DNA from: Trichodelitschia bisporula
Taxonomy: Eukaryota
Direction: 5' to 3'
DNA: 64,000 nucleotides
Assembly: GCA_010356995.1 (NCBI GenBank)
Contig: ML996693.1
Coordinates: 806,001-870,000 of the forward strand
Part shown: piece after piece, positions 1 through 12,700 of the stretch
Layout of the letters: each line of letters opens with the position of its first letter
How positions within the stretch are numbered: position 1 is the stretch's first letter
Position numbers and translations under genes: made by a program
The notes under the pieces: model-generated
What the model was told of the DNA's origin: nothing
What the model saw: the letters and a program-made list of their open reading frames with translations, nothing else
Database searches by the model: none

Positions 1-25
1 CCGAACACCACAAAATGCATCACCC

Positions 26-1527
26 TCACATCTCATGAGCATATACCCTCTCCCGCTTCCCCTCACTCCCTTCCCCAATCCGTCTCGCCCTCTCCTCCTC
101 TTCTGGCTCAAGCACAAACCTCCTCATCCGTCCCGCAATCCGCTCATCAAGCACAACATCATCCAACAAAACCCTCTCCCCCTCTTCCTCCCCTTCCTTC
201 CTCCTGACACTTTTATGCCATTCCGCCTCCTCTCCCTTCAAACAACCTTCCTGTTCCCACACTTGCCCACCACCATCCCGTGCCTCCCCCGAATCCTCTC
301 CTGCAAGTCCCTGCTCATAAGGCCTATACGCCCCCAGCACCGCCGCCGCAACCTGCCGCCCCACCTCATCCGCCAAATACCGCCGAGTAAGGAATCTCCA
401 CATGCGCGTCGGCGTGTTCAGAAACCCAAGTATGTGCGGCAGCGGAATCGGCACGCTCGGCCCGAGCTCAGCCGGCGTGTTAGGCGACAGTTGAGCGGCC
501 GCATACTCTGCCGTGCCAATGAACGGCGGAGGCTGCTTCGCCTTCTTCGGCTTCCCGTCGGCCGTCACCTCGGGCTTAGCCTCCTCTGACACGGGCTCGG
601 CTACGGGCGACGCGTCATCGGTAGGCGACGCGTCGTCGGCGGCGAATCCCTCGTCCTTCGGCGCAGCACGCTCCAGCGCCTTCTCGGCCACGTATTCAGG
701 AATGGCGGCCAGGGAATGCGGCTTCTCGGGGCCGCGGGCCGCGGGGGTTTCGGACTGCGTTGCCCCTTCCACCGCTGTCTCAGCCGGCGCCGACACAGCG
801 GCAGGCGCATCCACCGGCCCCAACCACCCCTCATGCAAGCCCCGCACATACTCCTTCCACGTATTCCGCCCCACAACAATATCCCCCGCCACGCCCGTGT
901 AGGGCCTCACCCCCGACCGCGCCCGTATATGCGCCAACTCCAGCTCGCGATCATCCTCCGGGACCGGCTCCGCCGTAGCCTCCCCACGCAGCTTCCGCGC
1001 CTTGCGAATGCGCTCCGCTAGCGCGGCGCGCACATCCCCTTCCTTCCGCCCCTCAATCGCATCCCAGTCCAATGCGGCGGCGACCAGGATCGGCTTGACG
1101 TAGGCGTGGAAGTGTTCGCGCGCGGTCATGGGGCCGTCGGCAGGTGGGGAGGAGAGGAAGACTGTGAGGCGGCGGGGGAGTTGGTTGGGCGGGAGGGGAT
1201 CGGAGGCGAGGTGTGACACGAGGGCGGCCCATTTTGCTTGCGTGCGTTTTGTTTCCCGTCGGTCGTAGATGATTGCGCCGCTCCAGGTGCCGACGATGGT
1301 GAGGAAGATGGTCCAGTTGCGGGAGGGGAGGCGCGGGCGGAAATTGGGCATGCCTATGGGGATGGGTTAGGAGCTGGGAGCTGTATGTGAGGGGAGGACG
1401 GACCCATCATTTTGAATACGGGGTTGGGTTTGCGCGGCGCCGATTTGGCGTCCGCCTTTGCGCTGCTGGCATTGGGTCCGCTGGCGCTCTCGGCGGGTGC
1501 GCTGTCGGGCGGCTTGGTGGTTGACAT
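26..1527 (-). CDS. TIM54: Mitochondrial inner-membrane translocase subunit Tim54; 2 exons (1527-1404, 1353-26)
   Basis: Spliced N-terminus MSTTKP...NPVFKMMG-MPNFRPRLPSRNWTIF...IIYDRRE and HFHAYVKPIL, GRNTWKEYVRGLHEGWLG motifs typical of fungal Tim54. Intron 1403-1354 (GT..CTAAC..TAG, 50 nt) keeps frame. Confidence 0.92.
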
Positions 1528-1980
1528 TGAGGTTGCGGTGGAGAAAAAGATGGTGGAAGAAATGTTGCGTCAAGCATTGAGGGCTGGCTTGGCGGAAGGC
1601 TTTTGGTGGGCGCTCGGACCGCTCGGTACAGCCTGATGGATGCCGGGATGGGTGCGTAAGCTACGAGGCTGACGGGCTTTGTGCTATGGGTTGGATGAAT
1701 GGGTACTCAATTATGCGGTCTGGCCAGGGTTGATTCTTCTGTGGAGTTTGTAGTGTTGATATCAAATGTGCTCCGTCATGATAGATATTCCGCACGAGCT
1801 TAGGAAAGGATATCAGCTCGCAACAACGCAGACAATCTTCAGAAACTTGTTAGGTGTAGTCATAACATCTAGACGTATCCGCAACCCGAGCTTGTGCATA
1901 TATCTATCGTTAGTTACCATCGTACTGTCGTCGCGGACCTGTCTGTCGACAGCATGGAAGCGAGCTCATTGTGCGACGCA

Positions 1981-3000
1981 TTATTCTTCAGCCGGTTCTT
2001 CCTCAGCGTGCGGGGGGCTTACGAGCGACTGTAGCGTACCACCTTCACTCAATACCGTCTGAACCGCAACCCCAACCGCCCTAGCCACCTCCCGCCCCCC
2101 CTCCCAAATCTCATCATGCCCCCCCTTCAACTCCATCAGCCTCATCCTCTCCTCTCCCACCCCCCGCTCGCCAGCAAGCCAGTCCTTCCCCAGCTCAAAC
2201 TGCTCCCACTCCACCAGCTCATCAGTCCGACTATGCCCCAGCACCACATATCTCACCCTCTCCATGGTCCTGTCCTTACCATCCACCCTCCTCTCCACTT
2301 CCTTGCCGTCACGATCCTTTTCAACATCCACCCTCCCGGCAACAGGACTCATACGCCTCCACACCTCTTCGTCAGGCCCAAACGCCCCCTCCACAATCTC
2401 CCGATTCACCTTCCCCCTCACCGCAAACGCCGGCAGATCATATATCCCCGCCAACCCCACCAACGCTACCGGCCGGCCAATCCCCGGCGCATGATTCCGG
2501 AAACCCCCCTCCACGCCCACCGCAAGCTGGAACAGCATCGTAGCCCCACAGCTATGCCCAACGCCAATCCACTCCGCACCCCCCCCCTCATGCCCAACAC
2601 GAAAAGTGATGTACAAGAACTGCAACGCAGTCTGCAAGTAGGTCAGATGCTCCGGATGGCGAACACCTTCCTCCCCCGAACCCGGATACGCCGAAAGCGG
2701 GTAATTGATGCTCGCGACGCCCACGACGTTTTCCACCCAACCCTGGTCTACGCACCGGAAGCCTTCATCGCGGTAAAGGAGTTGCAGAAAGGGCAAGATT
2801 TCCCCCATCGTTTGTGTAGGGTCGCGCCAGGCGCCGCCGTGCACGTAGACGATCCACAGCGGGCGTTGGGGGGGGTCGATATTGGGATCACGTGGTCGGT
2901 AGATGTCGACCCATTGATCAACTTTAAACCCACTGATATCCTGCGCTGCCTGCTGCGTGACGTAATCGGCGGCGAAGTGCTGTGGGAAGGGCATATCCAT
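1981..3000 (-). CDS. Alpha/beta hydrolase, kynurenine formamidase (Bna7/AFMID)-like
   Basis: HGGAWRDP oxyanion motif, GHSCG nucleophile elbow, GIYDL, DELV and C-terminal GGHDEIW (Asp/His of triad). Start placed at ATG 3000 (MDMPFP); the ORF-track extension begins at a non-ATG codon. Confidence 0.8.
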   Translation of the reverse strand: MDMPFPQHFAADYVTQQAAQDISGFKVDQWVDIYRPRDPNIDPPQRPLWIVYVHGGAWRDPTQTMGEILPFLQLLYRDEGFRCVDQGWVENVVGVASINYPLSAYPGSGEEGVRHPEHLTYLQTALQFLYITFRVGHEGGGAEWIGVGHSCGATMLFQLAVGVEGGFRNHAPGIGRPVALVGLAGIYDLPAFAVRGKVNREIVEGAFGPDEEVWRRMSPVAGRVDVEKDRDGKEVERRVDGKDRTMERVRYVVLGHSRTDELVEWEQFELGKDWLAGERGVGEERMRLMELKGGHDEIWEGGREVARAVGVAVQTVLSEGGTLQSLVSPPHAEEEPAEE

Positions 3001-3250
3001 GGTTGGGGATGGTGATGTGGGTGGTTTGGAGGGGTTGGTGGAGGTTGTGGAGTGTGTACTTATCTCTTCGTGCGGAGAACCACTGTGGTATAAGTACCGT
3101 GTACGCCGTGTATCCGACATAAAAGAAACCACAAGTGCGCCTCGCTTGGCAGGCAAAAATAATGCTCGCCTGCCACCATAGGGTGCAGGGTCACTGAGAA
3201 AATCGTGACCACCCTATCAACGTCCTAAGGTCAGGATGGAAAAGTCGTAG

Positions 3251-3282
3251 CCAGCCGTGCCAGCCGTGCCAGCCGTGCCAGC
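3251..3282. repeat. 9-bp tandem repeat (CCAGCCGTG) about 3.5 copies
   Basis: ccagccgtgccagccgtgccagccgtgccagc read directly, intergenic. Confidence 0.85.
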
Positions 3283-3790
3283 TTCCCCACAGCTTTTATC
3301 AAGTCATAACCAGAGGTTAACGGGGTGAGCAGCTACTACTTTTTAGCTGCCAAAGGTCTTTGCACGTGCATCTTGAATGGAGTATGTAGCAGTCAACACC
3401 ATACCATTCATCATCGCATTACCGCCTAACCATCATCACCCATACACCCACCCACCAAACCCAGATAGATAGTAGAGTAGCAGCCATCGAGCAAAAAACC
3501 ACGGAAAAGACAATGGGTAAGGGGTATCTCCTCAAGCACACGCCTGCACACCGCACACCCACGATCGCAGCCAGCGCAATACACTTCCAGGGCAAAAGGC
3601 GACAGCAACAAGAACGCAGCACTCGAAAGCAAGAAAAACGCAACAACCCACAGAAAAAGCCATAACAAAGCAGTGCTCCTTCCATGCAAATCGCTCACCC
3701 GCAGACTACTACTCATAACAAGTACAAATGCATCACCCCCCCCCCCGCCGCCGTGCACACCATGCAAACCGCCCCAGTCTACCCACCCCC

Positions 3791-6700
3791 CTAAAGCCCA
3801 AACTTCTTAAACCAGCTCTGCCTCTTCCCCGCCGCGGCAGCAGCGGGCTTCTCATACTGATCATAAGCAGCATAATCATCAAACGTACCCTTGCGCCTCC
3901 GTTCCCTCGCCTCCTCGCGGCTGTTCCCACTCGTACTCTTCTCCACCTCCCGCTTGCGCCTCTCGCGCTTCCCTTCCTCCCTCGGTCCCCTCTCCTTCTC
4001 CCTCACGGCACCTGGATCCCGCCGCCGATGCCTCTGCTTCTCCAGTCTTCGAATCTCTTCCTCCTCCGCCCTCTCCTCAGCCGTAACATTCATCTCCGGC
4101 AGCGGCTCAATCACCGTCGCCACATCCTCCGGCCGAATCGGCAGCGGCGGCTCAGCATTCACGCTCGCCACCCACGAACTCGTCTTGTCCCCCCCACTAC
4201 CAAGATATGGCGTCGTGTTCGAGCCGCGCGGGCCCCCGTTGCGCGGGTCGAAGTAGTCCTGCACGGGTCCACCGGGTCCCGCCTTGTCCTGTGCGGACGC
4301 GGAAGCGTGCCGGCTAGTACTGTGCCGCTTGGAGGAGCGGCGCCGGCCCCCGTCGTCGTCGACAATGTACGATGAGCGGCGGCGCTCGCCGCGGGGACGT
4401 TCAGCGCGGTCGCGCGGGTCCGACCGGTCACGTGGATCGGCGCGGTCGCCGGCCATCATGGTAGCCGCTGCAACGCCGGCAGCAGCAGCCATACCACCAG
4501 CCTCGCGTTCGCGGCGCTCTCTCCTCTTAGCACGGCGTTCCTCTCGCTCGCGCTCCTTCTCTCTAGCCTCCTCGTCGCGTCTCGCCTCTTCCTCGCGTCG
4601 GCGCTCCTCCCGACGAGCTGCCCGGCGAGCTTCTTTCTCTTCCGCACGCCGAGCCTCTTCCTCTTCCACGCGTCGGCGCTCATCGTCCTCCGCCCGCCGG
4701 CGCTCCTCCTCCCTCGCGCGTCGTGTCTTGCGCTCGTCCTTCTCGCGCTCTCTGTCAGGGTCGCGATCACGAGGTGCCCCACGGTCCCGGGGGACGTCGC
4801 GGTCCCGGCCAGCATCGCGATCACGAGGCGCCTCACGGTCCCGTCCAGCCTCACGGTCGCGCCTGCGAGGTTTGTCTTCCGGCGCACGACCCTCATCGGC
4901 CGCACGTTCACGTTCCGCCCTACGGGCTGCCCGACGCTCGGCCTTGCGGCGCTCGGCGTCGTCGAAGTCTGTGGTAGCGCCAGGCGCATCGGTTGTAAAG
5001 CCCGGGTCGTCATTCTCGCGGCGGCGGCGTGCACCCTCGCGCCTCGTAGGCGGCGGCGCATCGGCAGCTTCAGGTGGAGGCGGATCGGGGCGATGGCGGG
5101 CGTATGCAGCGTCGCTGTCGTAGGGATCGCGACGGTCGCGGCGAGACGGCGGCGGGGGATCAGCGTAGCGGTCGCGGTCGCGCGTGGACTTGCTGCGGGA
5201 GAGGCCGAAGATGCCCATGATGTCGCCCTTGCGCGGGTTCATGTTTGTGCGGGTGGGCTTCTCGGAGTTGCGGCGCTGGGGCTGGCCGAACTCTGCGGGG
5301 CGCGGGGTGCGCGGGTCGTAGTAGTCGTTGCCGCTGGGGTGATTGTCGTCGTGTGAAAGGTCGAGGGGGGTTGATGTTGCGATGGATTTGCGCTTGGACG
5401 AGCGGTCGGCGCTGTAGGCAGAGGGTTGTGTTGACGTTGCGGGTGTTGGCGCCTGAGCTGGGGCTGGGGCTGAAGCGGCTGGAGGTGGGGGCTGGTGACG
5501 AGGGTTGCTGCTGACTAAGCCGTCCTCCTCATCCTCGTCTTCATAGGCGAAGTCCAGGTCGTATGGATCGGGCTTGGATGAGCCTATCACATTTTTGTGG
5601 CGTTAGTCGTTGCCAATCATCACCTTTGCATCAAGCAAACAACAAATGGCAAATAAAGAACAACTCACCTCGCGACTTTCTCCGGTCTTGAGACGATATC
5701 GTTGGTCTGATGTCTGCTGCCGCCCCACGGCCAGACATGCCCATCAGTTTAGCGGCTTTGGGCGCGGCGCGTGGGGTGCGCGGGGCGCGCAACGAGTCGT
5801 CCTCATCGCCGTTGTACCCTACAGCTGGCGACCGTTCGGTGGAACGCTGGCTCGAGTGCTCTTGCGATGGCATGGGCTTCGACGTCGATACCGAACCCTG
5901 GCGCGTCGCCCGGGGAGTAGAGCGGGCAGGAGGAGGGACAGGCGAGAACAGCGACGTGAGGCCCGGAGTGCGCTTAGATGTGGCCTTTGCGGGGGTCTTC
6001 TTCGCACTGTCTGGCTTATCGACAGCTTCGTCCATGGGCTTATCCTTCTCCACGGCCTTGTCGCCGCCTGACTCCGCGGTTGAGGTCTTGCGTAACTGTT
6101 TGCCCTGCCGCACCATGACTGGCGGAGATGCGCCCTTAAGCGGTGCCGTGCCGTCTTTGGCCTTAGCCTTGACTTCTCGCGGGGTTGATGGTGCCCAGAA
6201 CCCCCACGAGTTGCTGCCCGGCTGCCGCACCACTTTCGCACGCTCCTTTTTGGGTGACGAAGTTGAAGACGAGGGGGGCCGCTTCGCTTCCACCTCCACC
6301 TCGGCTTCGGGCGGAGGGGTAGGCAGCTTCGACTCTCCGGCCTGCGTGTCGTCGACGGCCGTAGTGCTGCCTGAGCCATGAGACGTCTCATTCGTGACCT
6401 CACGGGCCACTGGCTTCGCATCCTCCTCGGCCTTCTCCTCGATGATTGGCTGAATGGGCTCGGACCGCGGAGTGATCTTGGTCGTCGACTTCTTGAGCGC
6501 CTTCTTATCCGTCTTCTTGCTCGACTTCGACGACCGCATGACGGGCTCCGGCTCCGGGGGGGGAGTTGGGGGTTTAGGCGGCTCGGCTGCAAAGTCGTCC
6601 TCGCTCTCGGGGAACGCACCAGGAGTTGGACTGGGCACCTTCTCGAGCTTCGGCAGTTCGGGCTCGGACTCACGCTTCTTGCCAGCAGCCTTCTCAGCCT

Positions 6701-9700
6701 TCCTGGCTGCCCTTTTCGCCTCCTTGGACCCGGGCTTGTAGGACGGCTCAGGCTCAGGTTCAGGCTCGTGAGGCTCATCCTTGCTCCCAGTCTGTGACGG
6801 CGAACTCTTGAAGACGCTCGCATCGGGGTGCAGCGCGCGGATCTTCTCGGCAATCGCACCGCTAATCGCCGGTTTCACCTTCTCGGGTGTTGTTTCTGCG
6901 GATGCGGCCGACACGATCGACTTGGACGACTTCCATGATTCAGTCTTCTTGGCGCTGTCGGGCTCTGGCTTGTCGGCTTCAGGCTCCGGAGTCTCAGGAA
7001 CAGGGTCAGCAACGGCCTTCTTCCCCTTCTTCTTAGAGTTCTTGGGCTGGAGACCCCAGGCGCTCCAGGCCTTGTCGACGGGCTTCTCCACTTCGGGCTC
7101 CGGCTCCGGCTCCGGCGCCGCGGGCTCCTCTTCGACCGGTGCGGGGGGTGGGGGTGGCGGAGGGGGCGGGTCATCCTTCGCTTTTTCCTTTCCCTTGTCT
7201 TTAGCAGACTTGCTTGACGAGAGCTTCGAAGTCTTTTCCTTTTTGCCCTTCTTGCCCTTCTTGGTGCCTGCCCACAAGTCTTCCTCCTCCTTCGCAGCAG
7301 CAGCCTTCTTCTCCTCTTCCTCCTCTTCGGCCCTGTTGCGTGCGATCTCTTCCGCTTCCTTAATAGCCCGCTCGCGCTCATCCGCCTCAACCCGCTCCCG
7401 TTCCAGCCGCTCCTGCTCCAGCCGTTCCCGCTCAGCGTTCTCCTCCTCCTCCTTCTCCCGGGCCTTCTTTTCACGCTCCTCCTTCTCCTTGCGGGTCTCT
7501 GATGTAGTCTTGCTCTTGGCTGACGACCCTCTACCACCGCCGAAAACGCTACTCCACATGCTAGTCGACTTAGCCTCCTCCCGCTTCTTAGTTTTAGTGG
7601 GCGCTTTATAAACGGACGCCGAATCATCGGGTGAGATGTCATCATCGAGATCGAAGAGGTCCTTATCCGCCGCAGGCTTTTCCTCCTCCTCCGCTTCCTT
7701 CGCGGGCTCCTCTTCGTTGACATCCTCGTCGAGTGTCACATCGTACTTGCTTTCCCGTGACTTTGTCTTGCTAAGGCTGCTCTTCTTGTCGCTCACCTCG
7801 CTCTTCTTGTCGTCCTTGGTCTTGCTCGACGTGCTCTCCCGCGTGACGGTCCGGCTAAGAGAAGCGCCGTCCTTGTACGACGACGCCTGGCTCGCGGCAC
7901 CCTTCTTCGCCTTCTTCCCTTTCTTAGCCACCACCGGCACGTCCCATTTGTCTTCTGGCTCCGGCTCCGGCTCCGGCTCTGGCGCCGCCTCGATGGCTTT
8001 CATTTCGGGCACCGGCTCTGGCGCCGGTGGTGGGGAAGGCGCTCTTGCCTCCAGCGCAGGCACCTCCTTAGCGAGGCTAGTCTTCTTGCCCTTCTTCTTC
8101 TTGACGCGGACGGACGCGAACTCGAGGTCCTCATCGTCGGCATTGGACCGCGTCTCCTCGACCGTTTCGGCCTTCTGCATGGGCAGGGTGACTTCCTCGA
8201 GGACTTCGATGGGGCCGGACTTGGACTTCTTCTTCTTGTCCTTTTTGCTCAGGAAGCTGAAGCCGGCCACGTCGTCGTCTCGGTTGTCCGGCTTGCCCTC
8301 GTCAACATCTTCCGGTCGCATGATTTTATCGTCAGAGACTGTTTCAAGCGGATCCGGTTCCTCAGTCACGGGAGCGCTCTTCTTGCCCTTCTTGCTTCCC
8401 CATATGCCCCCCCAGGAATCGCCCCACTTTGATGATTGCTCGAGCTCTTTGCCCTTACTGTAGTCATCGTCATCAATGGTAAGTTCCTCTTTGGCCGGCT
8501 CTTCGGCGGCAGACTCCTCGAAAAGCGTTTCTTCGGCAGCCTTCTTCTTCTTTTTCGAGTCCTTCTTCTTTGAGGTTGCGCCGGTCCCGTCGTCGCCCCA
8601 GATGTCCTCAGAAGCTGCCTCGGATGCCTTGTCGGAGACCTTATCCGTCTTGGACGACTTCGACGTCTTCGACGTCTTTGAGAGCTTGGTGGAGGTGTCC
8701 GCAATCGGTTCTTCGAGGAGAGTGTCCAGGCCAACAGAAGTTTTCTTCTTCTTCTTGTCCTCGTCCTTCTCCTTCTCCTTGCCCTTCCCCTTATCCTTTT
8801 TCTTGCCTTTCTCTTCCTTGACCTCCTTCTCCTTCTCCGTTTCCTTGCCCTTGCCCTTATCCTTCGTAGTTCCCCATGTATCATCATCATCACCCCAAGC
8901 CCGACTGGAGTCCTCCAAGTCGCCCAAGAGATCGATAAGCGGGTCGTCTCCACGCGTCGATTGCTTCTCCAGCTTCTCCTCAGGCTCAGGCGTGGGCTCC
9001 GCATCCTTCTTTTTCTTCTTCTTCTTATCCTTCGTTCCTGAATCCCCCCACCCGCCCAAGAAATCAAAAGGTTCCTCTTCCTTCGCCGGTTCGGGCTCAG
9101 CTTCGGGCTCAGGCTCGGGATCATTCTTTTTCTTTTTCTTCTTATCCTTCTTATCCTTCCCCGTCGAACCCCACGCGCCCAAGAAATCGTCAACCTCCTC
9201 CTTGACCGGTTCGGGATCAGGTTCAGGCTCCGGCTCTGGCTCCGGCTCGGGATCCGCACCCTTCTTTTTCTTCTTCTTCTTCTCCTTCGGCGGGGAGTCA
9301 AACGCGTCCAAGAAAGCAGTAGCCTGCTCCTCCGTCACCTCGGGTTCAGGTTCCGGCTCAACAACGGGCTCCGGCTCCGGCTCCGGCTCCGGCTCAGGGT
9401 CCTTCTTGCCCTTCTTCTTCTTCGTTTTCTTCGGGGCGACGGAAAACTCAGGCTCCGGCTCCGGCTCAGGCTCCTTCGGCGCGGGTTCGGGCTCCGGCTC
9501 AGGAACGACTTCGGGCTCGGGCTCGACCAGTTTGCCCTTCTTGGCCTTCTTCGTCTTCACGGTCATGCCAAGACTGGCCCATGGGTCAGTCTCCTCCTCC
9601 TTCGCCTTCTTACTCGACGAGGCCTTGCGCTTTGGCTCGGGCACAGGCTCCGGCTCCGGTTCAGGGGTAGGTTCGCGTACCGGCTCAGGATCGGGGGTAG

Positions 9701-12700
9701 GCGAGCGCTTGGGGACCCTAGCGGTTTTCTTCTTCGCACCCCAGAAGGAAAAGGCGTCATCGCCCTTGCTTGCCTCCTCTGGCTCGAGCTTGGGCTCCTC
9801 TTTCTTTTCCTCCGCCTTGGTGTCCTTGGCTTTCTTCGACTTCTTGTCCTTCGGGGAATCTCCCCAAGCATCGAAACCGAGGTCTATATCGTCCAATTTT
9901 TCCACCTCCGGCTCGGGTTCAGGCTCGGTTTCAGCTTTCGGTGCAGGTGAATCCTCCTTCGGAGCCACAGCCCCCTTCTTCCCCTTCTTCGTCTTCTTGC
10001 CCAGCGTGAGAAAGGCATAAGGATCGTCCGCGGGAGGCGGATCGGCTGTCTTCGTTTCCTTTTCCTCCGGCGGCGGATCAGCGACAGCCTTGTCCTTCTT
10101 CCCCTTTTTGGTCTTGGGCGGGCCGAAAGAAAATCCAAAGTCATCGTCTAGAGCATTGGACTCCTCCTTCTCGGGCTCTGGCTCTGGCTCCGGCTCTGGC
10201 ACTGGTTCGGGCTCCGGCTCCGGCTCGACGGCCCCCGATTTCTTCTTTTTCTTCTTCTTGTCCGGCTTCTCCTCTTTGCTCACCGTTCGGACGAGTTCAG
10301 GCTCGGGTACGGGCTCGGGCTCAGGCTCTGGTTCGGGTTCGGGCGGCGGCGGAGGCGGAGCCGCGACTTCCTTCCCCTTCTTACCCTTTTTCTTCTTGCC
10401 CGGTGCCAGGAAGCTAAAGGGATCATCTTTGGGCGGCTCCTCCGTGACCACTGGTTCAGGTTCTGGTTCAGGCTCCGGCACCGGCGTCGGCTCTTGATTC
10501 TCCTCAGTGAAGTCGAGAAGATTCTTCGGCGACTTCTTCTTCTTTTTTTTCTCATCCTTGGGCGAGCTCGAAGGCGCCGGATCAGCAGAGTCTAGAACAC
10601 TTTTCACCGGATCCTCGTCCATAAAGTTGTCCATCCCCCACGACGTCGTGCGGGGCTTCGAGCCGCCGCCCCAGGAGAACCCGCTACCGCTATCCTCAAG
10701 CAGCGGCTTCGAGGTATCGGTCTTGGATTTAGCGGCCGAGCCCTTGGCGTTGTTTTCGAACATGGCCGTCGCGGCGGCGACAATGCTGCTGCCGGCCGGC
10801 TTCTTCTTATATCCCAGGTCCACGTCGTCGAGCTTGGATTCTTCGGCCTTGGCTGCCGCATCGAGGAAGGAGACGGAGCCTTTTTTGGTTTTCTTCGTCG
10901 TCGACGACTTCGCGCCGAAGCTGCTCCCACCCCAGGTGTCGTTCTCGGGCTCCGCAGATTTGGAGATAGGCAGCGGATCAACAGCCTCCATGATATTCTC
11001 CTTCTTTTTATCCTTCTTCTCATCCTTCTTCTCCTCTTTCTTCTTCCCTGAATCCGTTGCGCCCCATTGCGGCAGAAAATCGTCGTCTTCCTGATGCAGC
11101 ACCGGGGACTTCTCCGCTCCACTGTTCGACCCAAATGCAAACCCAAACTCAGAGAACTTGCTCAGCACCTTTGCGGGCTCCTCCTTCTTCTCTTCGCCCA
11201 GGGTGTTGCTGACAATGCTCTTCAGCCCGCGGAACCAGCCGAATCCGCTGCCAGAGTCGGAGGACTTGCCGGTGTCAAGAGGGACATCCAGCTGCGGAGC
11301 GCCCTTGGAGCTGGGCTTGGACCCGATGTCGATTTCCTCGAACGTCGTCGGCGGTTGGGTGGGTTCTTCCGCTTTCTTCGTACCCTTCTTCTTCTTCTTT
11401 GTCGAAGAGAAGCCGAGAACATCATCTGCGGCCGGGGTCCCGGAGTCGGCCCATACACTCGCGCTCGAGGCGGCGGCGGCGGCTTCGTCCTTTTTGCGCT
11501 TCTCCTCCGCCTCTTCCTCTTCCTTCTTGCGGGCTTCTTCTTCTTCCTCCTGTCGCTTCTTCTCGGCAGCCGCTTCCTCTTCCTTACGCTTAGCCTCTTC
11601 ATCTGCCAGTTGCTTCTTCTCCTTCTCTTTCCTCTCCTTCTCTTCCCTCTTGAGCTGAGTCTTAGATTTCTTCGGCGCAGAAGCGGCCGCCGCCGCAGCA
11701 GCCTCTTCATCCTCCTTCTTCTTCCTCTCCGCCTCGGCCTCCTCCTCCTTTATCCTCGCCTCTTCTTCTTTCTGCTTCCGCTCGTCCTCCTCCTTCTGCT
11801 TCCGCTCCTCCTCTTCCTTTTGTTTCTGCTCCTCCTCCTCCTGCTTCTTCGTCTTCTTCTTGGGTGCCTTCGGAGCCCCCCAAGAATTCCAAGCATCACC
11901 ATCATCACCACCGCCGCCGCCTCCATCTCCCCCTCCACCAGCACCTCCGTCACCCCCGGGACTATCTCCGCCCGCAGGCGTCTCATCCGGCTTATCGCCG
12001 CCCGCCGCGCTCTCATCCCCCTTGCCCGCACCACCCGCAGGCGGCGCCGCCTTCTTCTGCTGGTTGCCCTTCTTCTTGTTGGGCTTGCGGACGCGCACAC
12101 CTTCCGGGGCTGAGAAATCGGGTTTCAGAGGCAAGGGCGGGGAAACCCAGCGCAAAGCGGGGGGCGGGGAGAATGCCGGTGGCGGAGGGAGCAGCGGGCT
12201 CGGCAGTGGCGCGGTGTACTCGGGTGGAGCATCTGCGTAGGCGCTGAGGAAGGGGAGCTGTGCGCGCGCGGGGGCGTCAGTGCCGGGCGCGTAGGTGTAT
12301 GCTGGCGGCTCGTCGTGAGGGGAATAAGGGGGAGGGGGTATTATCCACAGTGAAATCTGAACGGTAAGAAAGTTAGAGAACCGAGCATGGGTGATATGGC
12401 GCGAGTGGGATGGGGTAGGGTGATTTGAGGAAAGAGAAGGGGAGACATGGTCCGAAACGCAAAAAAAAAAGGAAAACTGCATACCGCTTCTGGCGCGTAT
12501 GCGCCCGCCTTGCGCTGCGCATCTCGTCCGTCGGGACGCGGTTTCGCATCCTTCCCCGGGGCGAATAACTCAAAGGCCCGGAGGCCCAGGGTTCCTGTGC
12601 TTAAGCCCATTGGTCTCGGCACAGCATCCTGGGGACGTGTTTTGGACACGAAGGCCGCGAGGGCAGGCCCGAAGGGGGCGTCGTCAGCGTCAGGCTCGGC

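Noticed and set aside
3891..12247. Long plus-strand S/F/G-rich ORFs (e.g. 8476..10020)
   Set aside because: Antisense shadows of the K/E/P-rich giant gene; mostly non-ATG starts and no independent coding signal.
12357..12484. ATG at 12482 as start of a 2283-aa protein
   Set aside because: The ATG is part of the GTATGC donor of a branch-point-bearing intron; MQFSFFF is the intron's T tract.
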